A stretch of 64,000 nt of DNA from Malacoraja senta (taxonomy: Eukaryota). Made by a program: the position numbers and the translations under genes. The notes beneath the pieces were generated by a model that was not told the origin of the DNA, made no database searches, and saw only the letters and a program-made list of their open reading frames with translations. Below are positions 34,374 to 48,077 of this stretch, piece by piece (the first letter of the stretch is position 1; each line of letters starts with the position of its first letter). The stretch covers positions 13,394,001 to 13,458,000 of the forward strand of contig CM075991.1 of the NCBI GenBank assembly GCA_038087875.1, written 5' to 3'.

Positions 34374-37300
34374 AACATCTGGCCTCTACCTGATAATCAA
34401 TCTCTGGACAAGTCAACTTGACCAGGCACTAAATCTCCACCATTCCTTCACAGACTGTGGGCATCATGTGAGGCCAGGTGTTACATCCTTCGATGCCCTT
34501 GAGAAGCCGTGAGGAGAGATGATCCACCAGGACTACCTTCTGGTGCGTGTGGTCGTAGAAACACAGAAACATAGACAATAGGTGCAGGAGGAGGCCATTC
34601 GGCCCTTCGAGCCAGCACCGCCACTCAATACGATCATGGCTGATCATCCAAAACCAGTTCCCCGTTCCTGCTTTCTCCCCATATCCCTTGATCCCGTTAG
34701 CCCTCAGAGCTGCTGTTGTGGTGACAGACCCAGTGCTCACAAGGAACAGAGGCCAAGTTAAAGTCAGGTTGGTTCAGGTTCATTATTGTTACGTGAACCG
34801 AGGCCAATCAAATCAGACGTACAATACATAAATACAATCAAGACAAACTCATCCAATAGGTGGAGCAAAGGGAAGATACAGAGTGCAGAATTTAGTTCTC
34901 AGCATTGTAGCGCATCAGTTCCAGAGACAAAGTCCAATGTCTACAATGGGGTCGAGGTGAATCGGACAGTACCCCAGCTAATGGAAGTTCCATGCTGAAG
35001 CCTGATAACAGAGGGGAAGAAATTGATCCTGAGGGTGACTGGTCTGAACATTGGTGTTCCTTTGTAGCTGCTGCCTTTGCTTTGGATGCCTTGCAGTGGA
35101 TTTGTACGTTCCCTCGGCAACCGTCTGGATACCTGTGGGGCGATGGCGTCATGACCCCGTGTAGGTGAATGACCAAGGAACCAGGGTGGAGGGCACGATG
35201 AGACAGAGCAAGCTGCGCGCCAGACCCGCTGAGTTACTCCAGCACTTTGTCTTTTACTCAACAGCATCTGCAGTTGCTTGTGTCTCCATTGATACAGGGG
35301 AATTTGGGGGCATTCGGAGCCAATGGGCTGAATGCCCCATCTGTCTGTGGCATGGAATGTGGGAGGACCAGCTATGAGGCAATACTCTGGGCATCAATGA
35401 TCCAAATATCCATGGCCTTATCCCACTGAAAGCATGAACGGAGGTGAAACAACCATTTCCTGCTTCTATTCCAGCATTCACATTCATATTCCTGCTCGAC
35501 CCCACCGAGTAACTCAGCGGGTCAGGCAGCATCTCTGGAGAACATGGATAGGTGACGTTTCACAGAGTGCTGGAGTAACTCAGCGGGTCAGGCAGCATCT
35601 CTGGAGAACATGGATAGGTGACTGAGTTAGGACCCTTCTTCAGATTTCTTCAGTCTGAGGAAGGGTCCCAGCTCGAAACATCACCCATTCCTTTTCTACA
35701 TAGATGCTGCCCGACCTGCTGAGTTACTCCAGCATTTTGTGTCTTTCTGTGGTTTAAAACGGCATCTGCAGTTCCTTTTTATTACCTACTGTTCACCTTC
35801 TGGGATGGTCTTACAACTTGTATTGCGAGATATTCTTCCAACAACCAGAAAGTTCACTTTTGGAAATGGTCTTTTACGGACCGCATAGACACTTGCTTAT
35901 AAATTTGAACTAAATTAAGGACAATATCTATCTGAAGCACAAGATTGATTTGCTCCTTCTCTCCAGGGACTGGGTGTTATCTTGTCTTTAGTCATTCAGA
36001 CGGTTGGGTAGGGCTTTTGTTAGAACGTGAAGCGTGATGGAGAATGAACCAGTATTGACAGGGGAAGTCAAATCTTCAGCAAGTTGTTGCAATCTTCTAT
36101 TTGAAACAGAACAACACAGCACAGGAACAGGCCCTTTGCCTCTCCCAATAGCACCTAGGCCAGGCTACTCTGTGCGTGCTGGTCTTCAATCATTCATTCA
36201 ATCGCTCCACTCTTTTAAACCTCTACTCCAACAGCAACATTGTTTACTTTACTGGACTTTATCGTGCTCAAAACATTATTTCCTTTATCTTGTATCTGTG
36301 CCAATCTCTGTGACCACGTGGGTTTTCTCCAGGTGTTCCGGTTTCGCACACTCCAAAAACGTGCAGGTTTGTAGGTAAATTGGCTTCTGTAAATTGTTCC
36401 TAGTGAGTAGGATAGCACTAGAGTACGGGTGATTGTAAATCGGCATGGACTCAGTGGGCTGAAGGGGCTGTTTCCATGCTGAATCTCAAAACTAAACTAA
36501 AAATAAAACTGACCTTGCCATTCTTAAAGACCACCTCAGAAACAGCCCTGGGTTCCATTTCAGTGGTCAGTGGGAAGGGCATTAGTCCAGGCACTCATGG
36601 ACTCTGCAATCTGGACAATCACAACAGCACGGGCCGACTTTCACACCTAAACCCTCTCTGGCCTCGGTCAGTCAGTCAGTTCCCTGACGGTGGGGAAGCA
36701 GTCAGTGGGTGGGCGATAGGTGAATGCAGAGGTTGGTGAAACAAGGACTGGTGACTCTCCTCTCATCTCCCTGAATGGGAGTCGAGCTGGAGTCAGTCCA
36801 ACCCCTTCAACACATGCCCACATCTAACATCAAATTAACGGGTTAAGGCAGAAAAGCCTCTTCCATTTAGTTAATTGAAAAGAATAACATTGACAATCCG
36901 GTGTGACAATCAGACATTAATAACTGCTTCACTGCTTCAGCCTCTGTGTTGGGATCAATAACATAATGTTTCGGGTTTTATTTGCTTTCAGATATTCTGG
37001 GACTTTGGCCTAGTTTCCTCTGCAATTTAGTGATTATTGCTGTGTGGAGATTGAACGGGTGCCTGGAGCTAACAGGCAGAAGCAGGGAGCATGTCCAGTC
37101 AGTGTTATATCTTGCACTCACTGTATCCTCCATCTGTGCAGGGCTGGATTTATTCGGGGGTTCATCAGTGATTGCTGCCCCACTGGGGCTGACAACTCTG
37201 GGACTTGTCAACTGCAGAATACACCAGCAATTAATCTCCATCACCCAGGTTGCAGAATCAAGGGCAACGATTCATGGCAGCTCCACTCTGACGTCAACTA

Positions 37301-37729
37301 ATATTGACGGTTACATTACTGACTCATTTTAGTGCTATTGATTTTCTTCCAAACCCACCGCGTATAGAACTACTTCAATATTATTAAAACTGTCTCAATT
37401 GCCATGGCTAACTCAACTCTGCCAATGTCCATCCGCTATAAACTCTCCTGAAAGCTGGCACTTTGACCAACCTCTGGGCCATCTCACATGCCTGGTTTTA
37501 TACATTCCTATCAAGGGCCATGGGAAGCTTTGCTCTGCCTCACACCTGCTACAGAAGAGATTTTTCCTCCCTCGGATTGGACCACACCCTCAGCACCAGA
37601 TGTGAATGGTCAGCAGGTAACCATGGCTCCTGTCCAGCTGGTCAGTGCGGGGTGGATTTAACATGGTGGCACTGAATAATCTCAGGAAATATTTGGTTTC
37701 ATTTCCACTGAGACAGGAAATCGACAGCT

Positions 37730-38300
37730 ATCCAAGGCCTCTACTTCCTCAGAAGACTTAGGAAGTTCAGCATGTCCCCAACAACCCTCACCAACTTATA
37801 CAGATGCACCATAGAAAGCATTTTATTGGGACGCATCACAGCTTGGTTTGGAAACAGCTCCACCACAAGAAATTGTGGACGCAGCCCAGACCATCACACA
37901 AACCAACCTCCCTTCCACTGAGTCCATCTACACCTCACGCTGCCTCGGCAAGGCCAGCAGCATCATCAAGGACCAGTCTCACCCTGATCACTCCCACTTC
38001 CCCCCTCTCCCATCAGGCAAGAGGTACAGAAGTGTGAAAACACTCACCTCCAGATTCAGGGACAGTTTCTTCCCGGCTGTTATCAGGCAACTGAACCGTC
38101 CTCTCACCAACTAGAGAGTGGTCCTGACCTCCCATCTACCTCATTGGTGACCCATGGACTATCTTTAATTGGACATTACCTTGCACTAAACATTATTCCC
38201 TTTATCAGTACACTATGTAATCATGTATAGTCTTTCCGCTGACTGGATAGCACACAACAAAATATACTTCAGTACACGTGATCATAATAAACTAAACTCA
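37730..38300 (+). mobile_element. Rex1-type LINE 3' fragment (others near 13425-13825, 54950-55340, 34760-35050 -, 49105-49290)
   Basis: LPSGKRYRSVKTLTSRFRDSFFPAVIR plus shared 3' UTR. Confidence 0.85.
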
Positions 38301-39929
38301 ATCTAGAATAGCCAAGTTCATAATCTGCCAACCAACATTTAGTTTGTGGAGTTTGTCACAACAGCAAAATGTGGATCTTTACTTTATTTCTTCATCCTCA
38401 GGAGAGATTACTGCGAGTTTCAGTCCCGATTATTTTGGGGCAAGATACAAGACAAGCTGGTCTGTCTCCCACTCATGGCATCTGTCCATGGGTTACAAGG
38501 TGAGGTTGGACAAGCATGGACTGGGTTCTCTGGAGCTTCAGACGCTGAGAAGAAACTCGACTGGTTGATAAAATTATGAAAGACATGGATTGGGTGGAAG
38601 GTCAGAACCTCTTAACCCCTAGGATGCAAAGGTCAAAGGCTAGAGGGCATGGCTAGAAGTGGGAAAGTTAATGTGTGGAGCAAGATGTTTAAAACAGTGA
38701 TGGTGGTGCCTGGAACACACTGTGGTGCAAGCAGACATGATGGAAAATTTAAAGAGGCTTGCAGACAGACCCATGAAGAGACAGAGGGTCGAGGGATACA
38801 GACCACATGCAGGCAGCTGGGATCTGTTTAAACTGACATCATGGTTAGCACAGAAATACAGGGCCGAAGGGCCTGTTCATGTGCTAGCTATGATATGGTC
38901 CATGTCCAACACTGTCATGGAATGACTGTTTGTTCTGTGTCTCAGGAGCAGGATGACAAGTATTCTTGTGAACTGCAGCCTGTTGCTGACGTGAAGATGC
39001 AGTCTGCAACACAAGGGCGTGGGCTGCACATTTCACAGAGCGATAGCAAGCGCAACTTCTGCATACACGAGATAAAACAGAACAACTCCACGCCCCAACT
39101 ACACACAGACAGCTGACCCTTCCCCCTCTTTCCACTGAGAGGTTTCTACAAACAAACATTGGTGTTACAAATAGTTGGCGGCTGATCTCATTACTGCCAC
39201 TGGCCTGTGCCAGGCTTGTAAATGAGACAACATGGATAAAGGTGCAAAGAAACAACTCCAGGTGTGACAGGACAAACAGCTGGCAGGGGAAGTGTGACAA
39301 GAAAGTACAACAGAACTGGGAGAGACCAACAAAGACCATGTGAAAGGCAAAGACAAATTATATTTAAAGGTAAAGGAAAGCAAAGAGCAAGGTGTACAGA
39401 GGTTGTTTGTGTGCAATCCAGCTAAAGATAGACTGGACATGAATCCAATCAAGCCGCCCACAGATAAAGGATAAAGGATGAAGGATGAAGGCGACAACAT
39501 TTAGTGCATAGTTATTAGATTGACGTCCAATTAACAGCAGTTCAAATGTCTCCAAAGAGGTAGATGGGAAGTCAGGATTGCATATAATTAGATATTACAG
39601 AACAATATATAATATATTATACTAGAATATAATTTTGGAAATATAAAATGATAGTATTTTTTCAAGTGGTCATGACATCACAAGATGCCCTGATGCTGTA
39701 GGTAAATTAGAGACTTTAAATAAATCATCATTTTTAGAGGCTAAAGAGCTCTGGTCGACTGACTGCATTTGCTCATCTTCACAAGATAGCAAAGGCAATA
39801 TCATACATATTTAATTAGCCAATGTTTGTGTCAGAGAGATAGAGAGGTTCCAGTGAACTACAGACCAGTCAGCTTAACACTGGACAAGCTACAGATGGCG
39901 AAACGGACAAGGCATTGGAAAGACACATT

Positions 39930-40250
39930 GTTGGAGTAACTCAGCGGGTCAGGCAGCATCTGTGGAGAACATGGATAGGTGACGTTTCACAGAGTGCTGG
40001 AGTAACTCAGCGGGTCAGGCAACATCTGTGGAGAACATGGATAGGTGACGTTTCACAGAGTGCTGGAGTAACTCAGCGGGTCAGGCAGCATCTGTGGAGA
40101 ACATGGATAGATGACGTTTCACAGATTGCTGGAGTAACTCAGCAGGTCAGGCAGCATCTCTGGGGAACATGGATAGGTGACGTTTCGGGTCAGACTGAAG
40201 CAGTGTCCGAGCTGAAATGTCACCTACCCATGTTCTCCAGAGATGCTGCA
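39930..40250. repeat. Tandem array of the same 66-bp unit (4 copies) plus an inverted piece; a 2-copy array lies at 35508-35644
   Basis: Direct inspection. Confidence 0.9.
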
Positions 40251-40653
40251 TTCAGCACCAGAACTGCCCCGAGTATCGACATGCGGCTGAACTAACCTCC
40301 TGTAGAGGAATCTCCCCGTCCCAATCCCCAAGCACCAATCTATCCCACTCATTCATTTTATTAACAGATTCCCCACATTTCCCACAAATGCCACAAGCTC
40401 CATGAACATGAATCTGAACATTACCGCATGTTACTCCACAGGAAACATTACACAACCCTGTCCACATTTCAGCCCGGTTCCTTTCTGCAATATCATTTCT
40501 CTGTTGTTCAACATAAGTTTAACTCTCGCACCGTTAATCCTCCCAACACCAGAATAATGCTTTTAACTACCATGGCCACTCACAGTGTTTGTAGCCAGCT
40601 GTGTGATTCACTGTGCAGACAGAGCCACCTACACTGTGTCCACTCTGTGCCCT

Positions 40654-41117
40654 TGCTGCCCTCTCTAATGCTGCTTCCTTCTCTAATGCCACTTTGCCCT
40701 CTAATGCTGCTTCCCCCTCTAATGCTGCTTTCCCCTCTAATGCTGCTTCCCCCTCTAATGCCGCTTTGCCCTCTAATGCTGCTTCCCCCTCTAATGCTGC
40801 TTCACCCTCTAATGCTGCTTCACCCTCTAATGCTGCATCCTCTAATGCTGCATCCTCTACTGCTGTTTCCCCCTCTAATGCTGCATCCTCTAATGCTGCT
40901 TCCCCCTCTAATGCTGCAACCTCTAATGCTGCATCCTCTAATGCTGCTTCCCCCTCTAATGCTGCATCCTCTACTGCTGTTTCCCCCTCTAATGCTGCAT
41001 CATCTAATGCTGCTTCCCCCTCTAATGCTGCTTCCCCCTCTAATGCTGCAACCTCTAATGCTGCATCCTCTAATGCTGCTTCCCCCTCTAATGCTGCTTC
41101 CTCGTCTAATGCTTCCC
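40654..41117. repeat. 15/18-bp minisatellite
   Basis: CCTCTAATGCTGCTTCCC. Confidence 0.95.
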
Positions 41118-41125
41118 ATTACTCC

Positions 41126-41700
41126 AGACCTGGGCGTCCTTGTACACCGGTCACTGAAGGTTGGCGTGCAGGTACAGCAGGCAGTGAAGAAAGCTAATGG
41201 AATGTTGGCCTTCATAACAAGAGGATTTCAGTATAGGAGTAAAGAGGTTCTTCTGCAGTTGTATAGGGCTCTGGTAAGACCACATCTGGAGTATTGTGTA
41301 CAGTTTTGGTCTCCTAATTTGAGGAAGGACATCCTTGTGATTGAGGCAGTGCAGCATAGGTTCACGAGATTGATCCCTGGGATGGCGGGACTGTCATATG
41401 AGGAAAGATTGAAAAGACTAGGCTTGTATTAGGCTGGAGTTTAGAAGGATGAGGGGAATCTTATAGAAACATATAAAATCATAAAAGGACTGAACAAGTT
41501 AGATGCAGGAAAAATGTTCCCAATGTTGGACGAGTCCAGAACCAGGGGCCACAGTCTTAGAATAAAGGGGAGGCCATTTAAGACTGAGGTGCGAAAAAAA
41601 CTTTTTTGCCCAGAGAGTTGCAAATTTGTGGAATTCCCTGTATAGGGCTCTGGTAAGACCACATCTGGAGTATTGCGTACAGTTTTGGTCTCCTAATTTG
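41126..41700 (+). mobile_element. CR1 ORF2 3' fragment with short internal duplication
   Basis: DLGVLVHRSLKVGVQVQQAVKKANGMLAFI...; 41641-41700 repeats 41321-41340-upstream segment TATAGGGCTCTGGTAAGACCAC. Confidence 0.88.
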
Positions 41701-42466
41701 GTAGGGGAGGGGAGGGGGAGGGGAGGGGAGGGGAGGGGAGGGGAGGGGAGGGGAGGGGAGGGGGAGGGGAGGGGAGGGGAGGGGAGCTAAAGAACAAATT
41801 TCACCAAGATTTATTCTGCGTATAACCACAACCTACAGCCTTGAGGCACATCATTAAATACTGTGCCAGCACAAACCTCAGGACAAAGCAAAGACCAGAG
41901 TTTCTGTGCAGACCATGATTTACCACAGACAGATTTCCAGATGGAGATACAGGCGGGAACTCATTTATCCACTGCCTGGGTTTTATAAAATCTTTAAATG
42001 AGGAACAGAATGACCTTGCAGTGACACACTGTGCTGTGCAAGTCCTCACCTCTGGGAATAATGTGCATCTCATGGATATTACCCCAAAGAAAACCCAATG
42101 CAATAAAGCAAGTCTGGTTATCCAAGAGGAACAGAAATGAAATGTGACACAGGAAGGAAGAGTGGAACACGTCGAACCCGAGTGGGCAGCAACCTACCGT
42201 CACACACGTGCCTGTAGTAACACTGACTGAATGTAGTCCACAATCCAAATAATGATACAAAATGAAATGTTACACTCCAGTAACACAGGGCAGGCACTAT
42301 ACAACACAGACACAAAATGCTGGAGTAACTCAGCGGGTCAGGCAGCATCTCTGGAGAGAAGGAATGGGTGATGTTTCGGGTCGAGACCCTTCTTCAGACT
42401 GTCTTTGATTTAAACCAGCATCTGCAGTTCTTTCCTACATTATACTGTATGTTACACCCCGGTAAA

Positions 42467-42800
42467 AGTGTATTGTACACTAGTGTGTCACACTCCAGTA
42501 CCAGTGTATTGTACACTAAGTGTGTGTTACACTCCAGTACCAGTGTATTGTACACTAGTGTGTCACACTCCAGTACTTGTGTATTGTACACTAGTGTGTC
42601 ACACTCCAGTACCAGTGTATTGTACACTAAGTGTGTGTTACACTCCAGTACCAGTGTATAGTACACTAGTGTGTCACACTCCAGTACTTGTGTATTGTAC
42701 ACTAGTGTGTCACACTCCAGTACTTGTGTATTGTACACCAGGCGTGTACACTCCAGTACCAGTGTATTGTACACCAGGCGTGTACACTCCAGTACCAGTG
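42467..42800. repeat. Minisatellite, about 36-39-bp unit
   Basis: GTGTATTGTACACTAGTGTGTCACACTCCAGTACCA. Confidence 0.92.
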
Positions 42801-43269
42801 TGCGCACTTTATAACTTACATGTGCGTATTTACCTGCAGCTCCACAGTATGCTTCACATCACGAGCAATTGTCCAATTACAGAGATGGCACGCGTGTCAA
42901 CATCCAGCTGCACGGTGTGCTGTAGGGCACGGAGACAAGAGGCAGGTCCCAGTGACTGTGAGCTGTATCACACAGACACTGCCATCCTGCAGTATCACGG
43001 ATCGCTATAAATATACGGCAGTGTCCTCCTGCAGTATCATCAGAGACCTTCTGCAAAGACACTCCCAAACCCATCACATTCTTGATGAACCTTGCCCCTC
43101 CCGACTCCTTGAATGATCAATTACACACAGCCAAATCACACAGATGTGTGAATCTCTCTTCACTGTTTCTCTCAAACAAGGTGACCTGGGATTGTGAATG
43201 CAGATGGTGGGCCCATAATACCACCCACTCCTTGTGCAGGTCGACAGCAGACGCTGAACTCTGGTCAAA

Positions 43270-43615
43270 CACCCACCCCACCCCTCGCCCCTCTCCCTCC
43301 CCTCCCCATCCCACCCCTCTCCCCTCACATTTCCCCACCCACCCCTCGCCCTCCCCTCCCTCACCCACTGCCCCTCCACCCTCTCCTCCTCATCCCACCC
43401 CTCTCCCCCTCACATTCCCCCACCCACCCCTCACCCTCCCCCCTCACCCACTGCCCCTCCCACCTTCTCCCTCCCCTCCTCATCCCCCCCCTCTCCCCCC
43501 CCTCACCCACCCCTCCCTCACCCACTGCCCCTCCCCCCTCATCCCACCCCCTCTCCCCCTCTCCCTCCCTCACCCCCACCCACGACCCCTCCCTCACCCA
43601 CTGCCCCTCCCCCCC
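43270..43615. repeat. C-rich low-complexity tract
   Basis: Direct inspection. Confidence 0.9.
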
Positions 43616-44849
43616 AATCTTGTTCCCCCTGAAGTTGGAATTGATTAGCATGGTGGCTCTCAATGGGAAGGAGAGTCAGAGCAGACTTCACCACCACACA
43701 CATCATCAGCTCAAGCGACTTTGAGTCCTGAAAAGCGCTATATAAATAAAATGTATTATTATTATTATCAGCTCATCTTTATCAGCGAGATTTGTAGATA
43801 TGGTAATTATTGCCATAATGGATTCTCGGTTCTTGCACAACATTCATCTGCTGAAGTATAAGCACATTGTGTTGATTCTGGGCAGATTGTTATAGCTTTG
43901 TACAGTCTCACAGAACTAGCCTTTCCTAATGAATCACCCATGGTCATAGAATAAGCTGCAGCCCACTTAATTCAGTCCCTTTAATTAAAGTGTTTTGTTT
44001 GGGGAATCTCTCTTCCAGCGGTTACCTGTTCCGTCTCCAGGGTTAGGGAGTCTGAGCGGCATTGACACAAATGATCTTTGTCAACTTTCACTGCAAGTCA
44101 CAATAACTCTGTGGTCACAGATGCTACGCCGCGTCCGTCACGCTGATCATTGCAAATTCCATTCATCAAGCAGACGAGAATAAACCTGCGGACATCTGTC
44201 ACTGTGGGGCAGGCACAAGGGACTGGAATCTTCAGCAAAGGGTCTAGGGCTTCAAAGGGCCCTAACCCAATGCTGACAAAGGATTGCAACACTTCAGCAA
44301 TCTCCAGACACATTGTGAATAATAACACAAGGTCTAGAAGAAAAAGGCCATTGGACTCAGCTTGCCTTCAGCTACTAATTGCTGCTCAAACTGACCTTTG
44401 CCAAGTTATTCCTGGAAGTGGCAATCGGTTTTATCTGATTTCTCACCATCAGTAGTTCCATGTGGTTATGAAATGTAACCATCTCTTTGGTAAAACACAA
44501 ATATTCTACTTCAGCCAAGAACAGATTAAAACAAAAAGCCACAATGATTCGACCCACAAGGTACACTGTAGGAGTTACAGCAGCAGTCATAATGAGCAAC
44601 ATCGAGACAGGCAGAAGGGAGATTTACCCCCGAGCAGAGTTCTGTTCTGAAGCAGCTGCTCTCCAATACGTTCATCAAATGAAGGCAGGTCTGTATGTTA
44701 TTGGTGGGGAGAGACTGAGAATTATTCTTAATTCGAGCCAGTATTTACACCAAATGTAAGCCCTTATAGACAAAAGCAACTGACCAAGTGTTGATCAATG
44801 GGATTATACAGAGGTATCTGATACATAACATGGACATGATTGATTGGTT

Positions 44850-45152
44850 GAAACATACAGCATAGACCAGGCCCTTTGGCCCACTGCCTCCATGCTGACC
44901 ATCGATCACACTAGTTCCATGCTATCCCGCTTTTAAATCCACTCCCTACACACTAGGGACAATTTACAGAGGGTCGATTAACCACAAACCCACTCGTCTT
45001 GGGGATGTGAGAGGAAACCAGAGCATCTGGAAGAAACCCATGTGGTCGCAGGGAGAATGTGCAAACTCCACACAGACAGTGCCTGAGGTCAGGATTGAAC
45101 CCGGGTCCCTGGCGCTGTGAGGCAGTAGCTCTACCAGCTGTGCCACTGTGCT
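44850..45152 (-). mobile_element. Same SINE family (others near 1628-1840 -, 9515-9690 +, 14610-14995 -, 19460-19580 -, 32812-33023 +, 36300-36500 +, 59395-59655 -)
   Basis: Similarity to 23394-23708. Confidence 0.8.
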
Positions 45153-47589
45153 GAAGATGGCAAATCTAGGTTAATTTCACCCAGTGTGTAGGGCGTTGTG
45201 CTTTCAAACTTCTGTACCTTCTGCCAGGCAGGAGTGGGAGAACAGGGAATGACCAGAGTGAGAAGATGCTTGATTATGTTGGCACCAGTGTGGTGTGGAT
45301 GGAGTCAATGGTGGGGAGTCCGGCCAGTGTAACATGTGTAAATACACCTCCTCAGTTTCCACCTGGTTGATATTTTATATAATGAATGGGAGATGTTCTG
45401 ATGGACACTGCCCAGTGAAACACTAGCCCAAGCTGCTGCCCAGCCAACATCATGGGAATGTTTTTTCTACTCTGCTCTCCATTGCTTCATTTCAACAGTG
45501 TTTTCCGATTTTCAAACATTATTGAATGATACTTTTCATAGGGGTGTTCTGTGAGATCAGCAACTCAACTGCATGTTTAAGCTCCACAGAAACTTTGCAG
45601 ACGTGACTTGCAAGTCCCGTTGCAATGTGAATCTATTCCAAATGGATATTGTCAAAACTTTGTTCACAGAATTGGTCCACATCAGTTGAGATGTTGCTAC
45701 TGACTGGGGAAAGGTAGTTTTAGAATTAACCTGATTGTGATTCCTCCAGCTAATTGTCACTTGCAACACAATGTCACCTGCAGTTGTAGCACGACAGGCA
45801 ATGGAGTGACCACACGCTAAGTGTGTTTACAAAACAGACTGCAAAAAGCAGTCAACAAATATAAATACTTCCTTATTTTAATAAAAGTATAAAGCCTTCT
45901 CTAGCCTAATTACAAAGATCAACTGAAAGGCTGGGCTTTATCTGAAGGTGCTGAAGTCTTACACTTGGGCAAACGCTGTCACCTCATCTGCTGTAATATA
46001 TTGAATCAGCTTCATACAATTGTCAAGTCAGTGATAGTTCTCATCTCCTTCCAGGCATCCCATGGCAGATAAATCTCCAGGCTATGTCTGATATCACAGT
46101 GATATCAAGGAGAAACCGCATGGACTCAGCTTGTATATTCTCATCTATATAAGAATAACAAATGATCCAATTAACATGGCTTAAATGATTAAAAGATTTG
46201 AGAGGGTAGAGAGAGGAACTATTTTCTCTGCTGCACCACAATGGGACATTACCTTAAAATCAGAAACAAGAAACTGCAGATGCTGTTTTCACAAAAAAAA
46301 GACAAAGTGCTGGAGTAACGCAGCGGGTCAAACAGCATCTCTGGAGAACATGGACAGGTGATGTTTTGGGTCGGGACCCTTCTTCAGACTGATTGTAGGG
46401 GGAGGGGAATAAAGCTGGGAGAGGGTCTCACAAAACTGTCAAAGTAGGCAAATGAGGAGATACTGCAGTGGACCAATCAAAATATTGAAACAAGGAACTG
46501 CAGATGGTGGTTTACAATAAAAGACACAAAGTGCTGGAGTAACTCAGCGGGCAGGCAGTATCTCTGGAGAATACAGATAGGTGATGTTTTGGGGTCTGGA
46601 CTGGTTTGAAAAGGGTCCCAACCCAAAACATCATATCCCTGTTCTCTTGGGATGCTGCCTTTCCTGCTGAGTTACTCCAGTACTTTGTGTCTTTTTATTC
46701 TTAAAACGAGAGCCTGTAATAGCATTTTCAATGCACAGGAAGGTGAGAGGTGGCAGAGAGGTGTGGACTCGGCTTCACATCACAAGTACAGCTTTCCGCC
46801 ATCCGGAGCATTGGCACCAAACGTTGCCCAAGAACCTTCCATCTACCACCATTGGGCCAATCCCTCTTGTCACTGGTACATTCAGGCAGGAGTTACAGAA
46901 AACAGAAGTCCCACACCACCGTTTCAGGAACAGTTAATTCTCTACAACTATCAGGTTCTGCACAACCCCAGTCTCACCCGGCCACTCGATCACCTCCTGC
47001 ACGACCATCCACTTGTTTCATTTTAACGGTCTCTTCAGCCACAAGCGACATTGCTCTAGCCGAGGTTTGGAGCAAGCAGCCAACAACTAGGATGCATCAC
47101 CCATGGTCAGTCATGACTGAGGGGGCCTACCTACTTTACAGGATGGTCATTTTCTTTTTGCAGTCTTTTTTTTTCTGATTGTCTTGCAGAATTTGTGTGA
47201 TTAACGTAGAATTTGTGTATGATTTATGTTTTTGTGTTTGAGTAAGTGTGCCTGTGATGCTGCTGCAAGCAAGTTTCCTGTACCTCACCTGTACCTCACC
47301 TATACATCACCTGTACCTCACCTGTACCTCACCTGTACCTCACCTGTACCTCACCTATACCTCACCTTACTTGTGCAGATGACAAGAAACTCGATAACTG
47401 GGACATTTGTGGTCCTTTGCACTGGACATGGGAGAATCTGACCAACACAAAGTTCTGAATCTGGGCTCTCCACTGAAATGTCAAACCTTGTTGGACAAGC
47501 ATATGATGGGGATTTTGGACAATGACCCTGTCCTGAGTTTGGTGCTGATCAATGAGATGTAGCAGTGGTACAACAAACTCTTGTCAGCA

Positions 47590-48077
47590 CTCTCTGGAGG
47601 GAAAGGGTTCTTCCCAGAACAACTCCGTAAGAGATTTATGGGGTTTTCCCAGGGACACATTCAGAGATGAACATCGTCTGCTGGAAGGTCATCAACTCGG
47701 TGAAAGATGCTCTTGGGTCTGCCCGAACCTTATTGACCTCCCTGCAGCGCGAGATGTCCGTCAGGGAATGTTGCCGACTGGCCCGCTCCAGACTGCAGGA
47801 CTGAGGGATGCACTGAAGCTCGGTGCAGCCAATGCCAAGGCTCGGTGGGGGAGGGCCACAGTCTAGGGTCCTTCTGCTGCTGGACATTGGGGGGCAGAGT
47901 CTGATGGGACACTCCTCACACAAGGGAAGGGGCCATCAGTGGCAAGGGTGTTTTGTCTAAAGATGGGTGTGAACACTACTGAATGTGACACTGATTAATG
48001 TACAGCCAGTGATTATGTCTGTAGAGATTTTGCACTTTGTTTTGTATAATTTTATTCTGAATAAAGTTTTTATTTTA
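47590..48077 (+). mobile_element. Tx1-type LINE 3' fragment
   Basis: Frame WKVINSVKDAL..AR.LL...RECCRLARSRLQD followed by a 3' UTR with AATAAA. Confidence 0.55.

Noticed and set aside
40428..41432. 334-aa ORF joining LMLLPP repeats to a CR1 C-terminus (and the SNAASP frame)
   Set aside because: Chance in-frame join of a 15/18-bp minisatellite and a CR1 fragment, antisense within an ADD2 intron.
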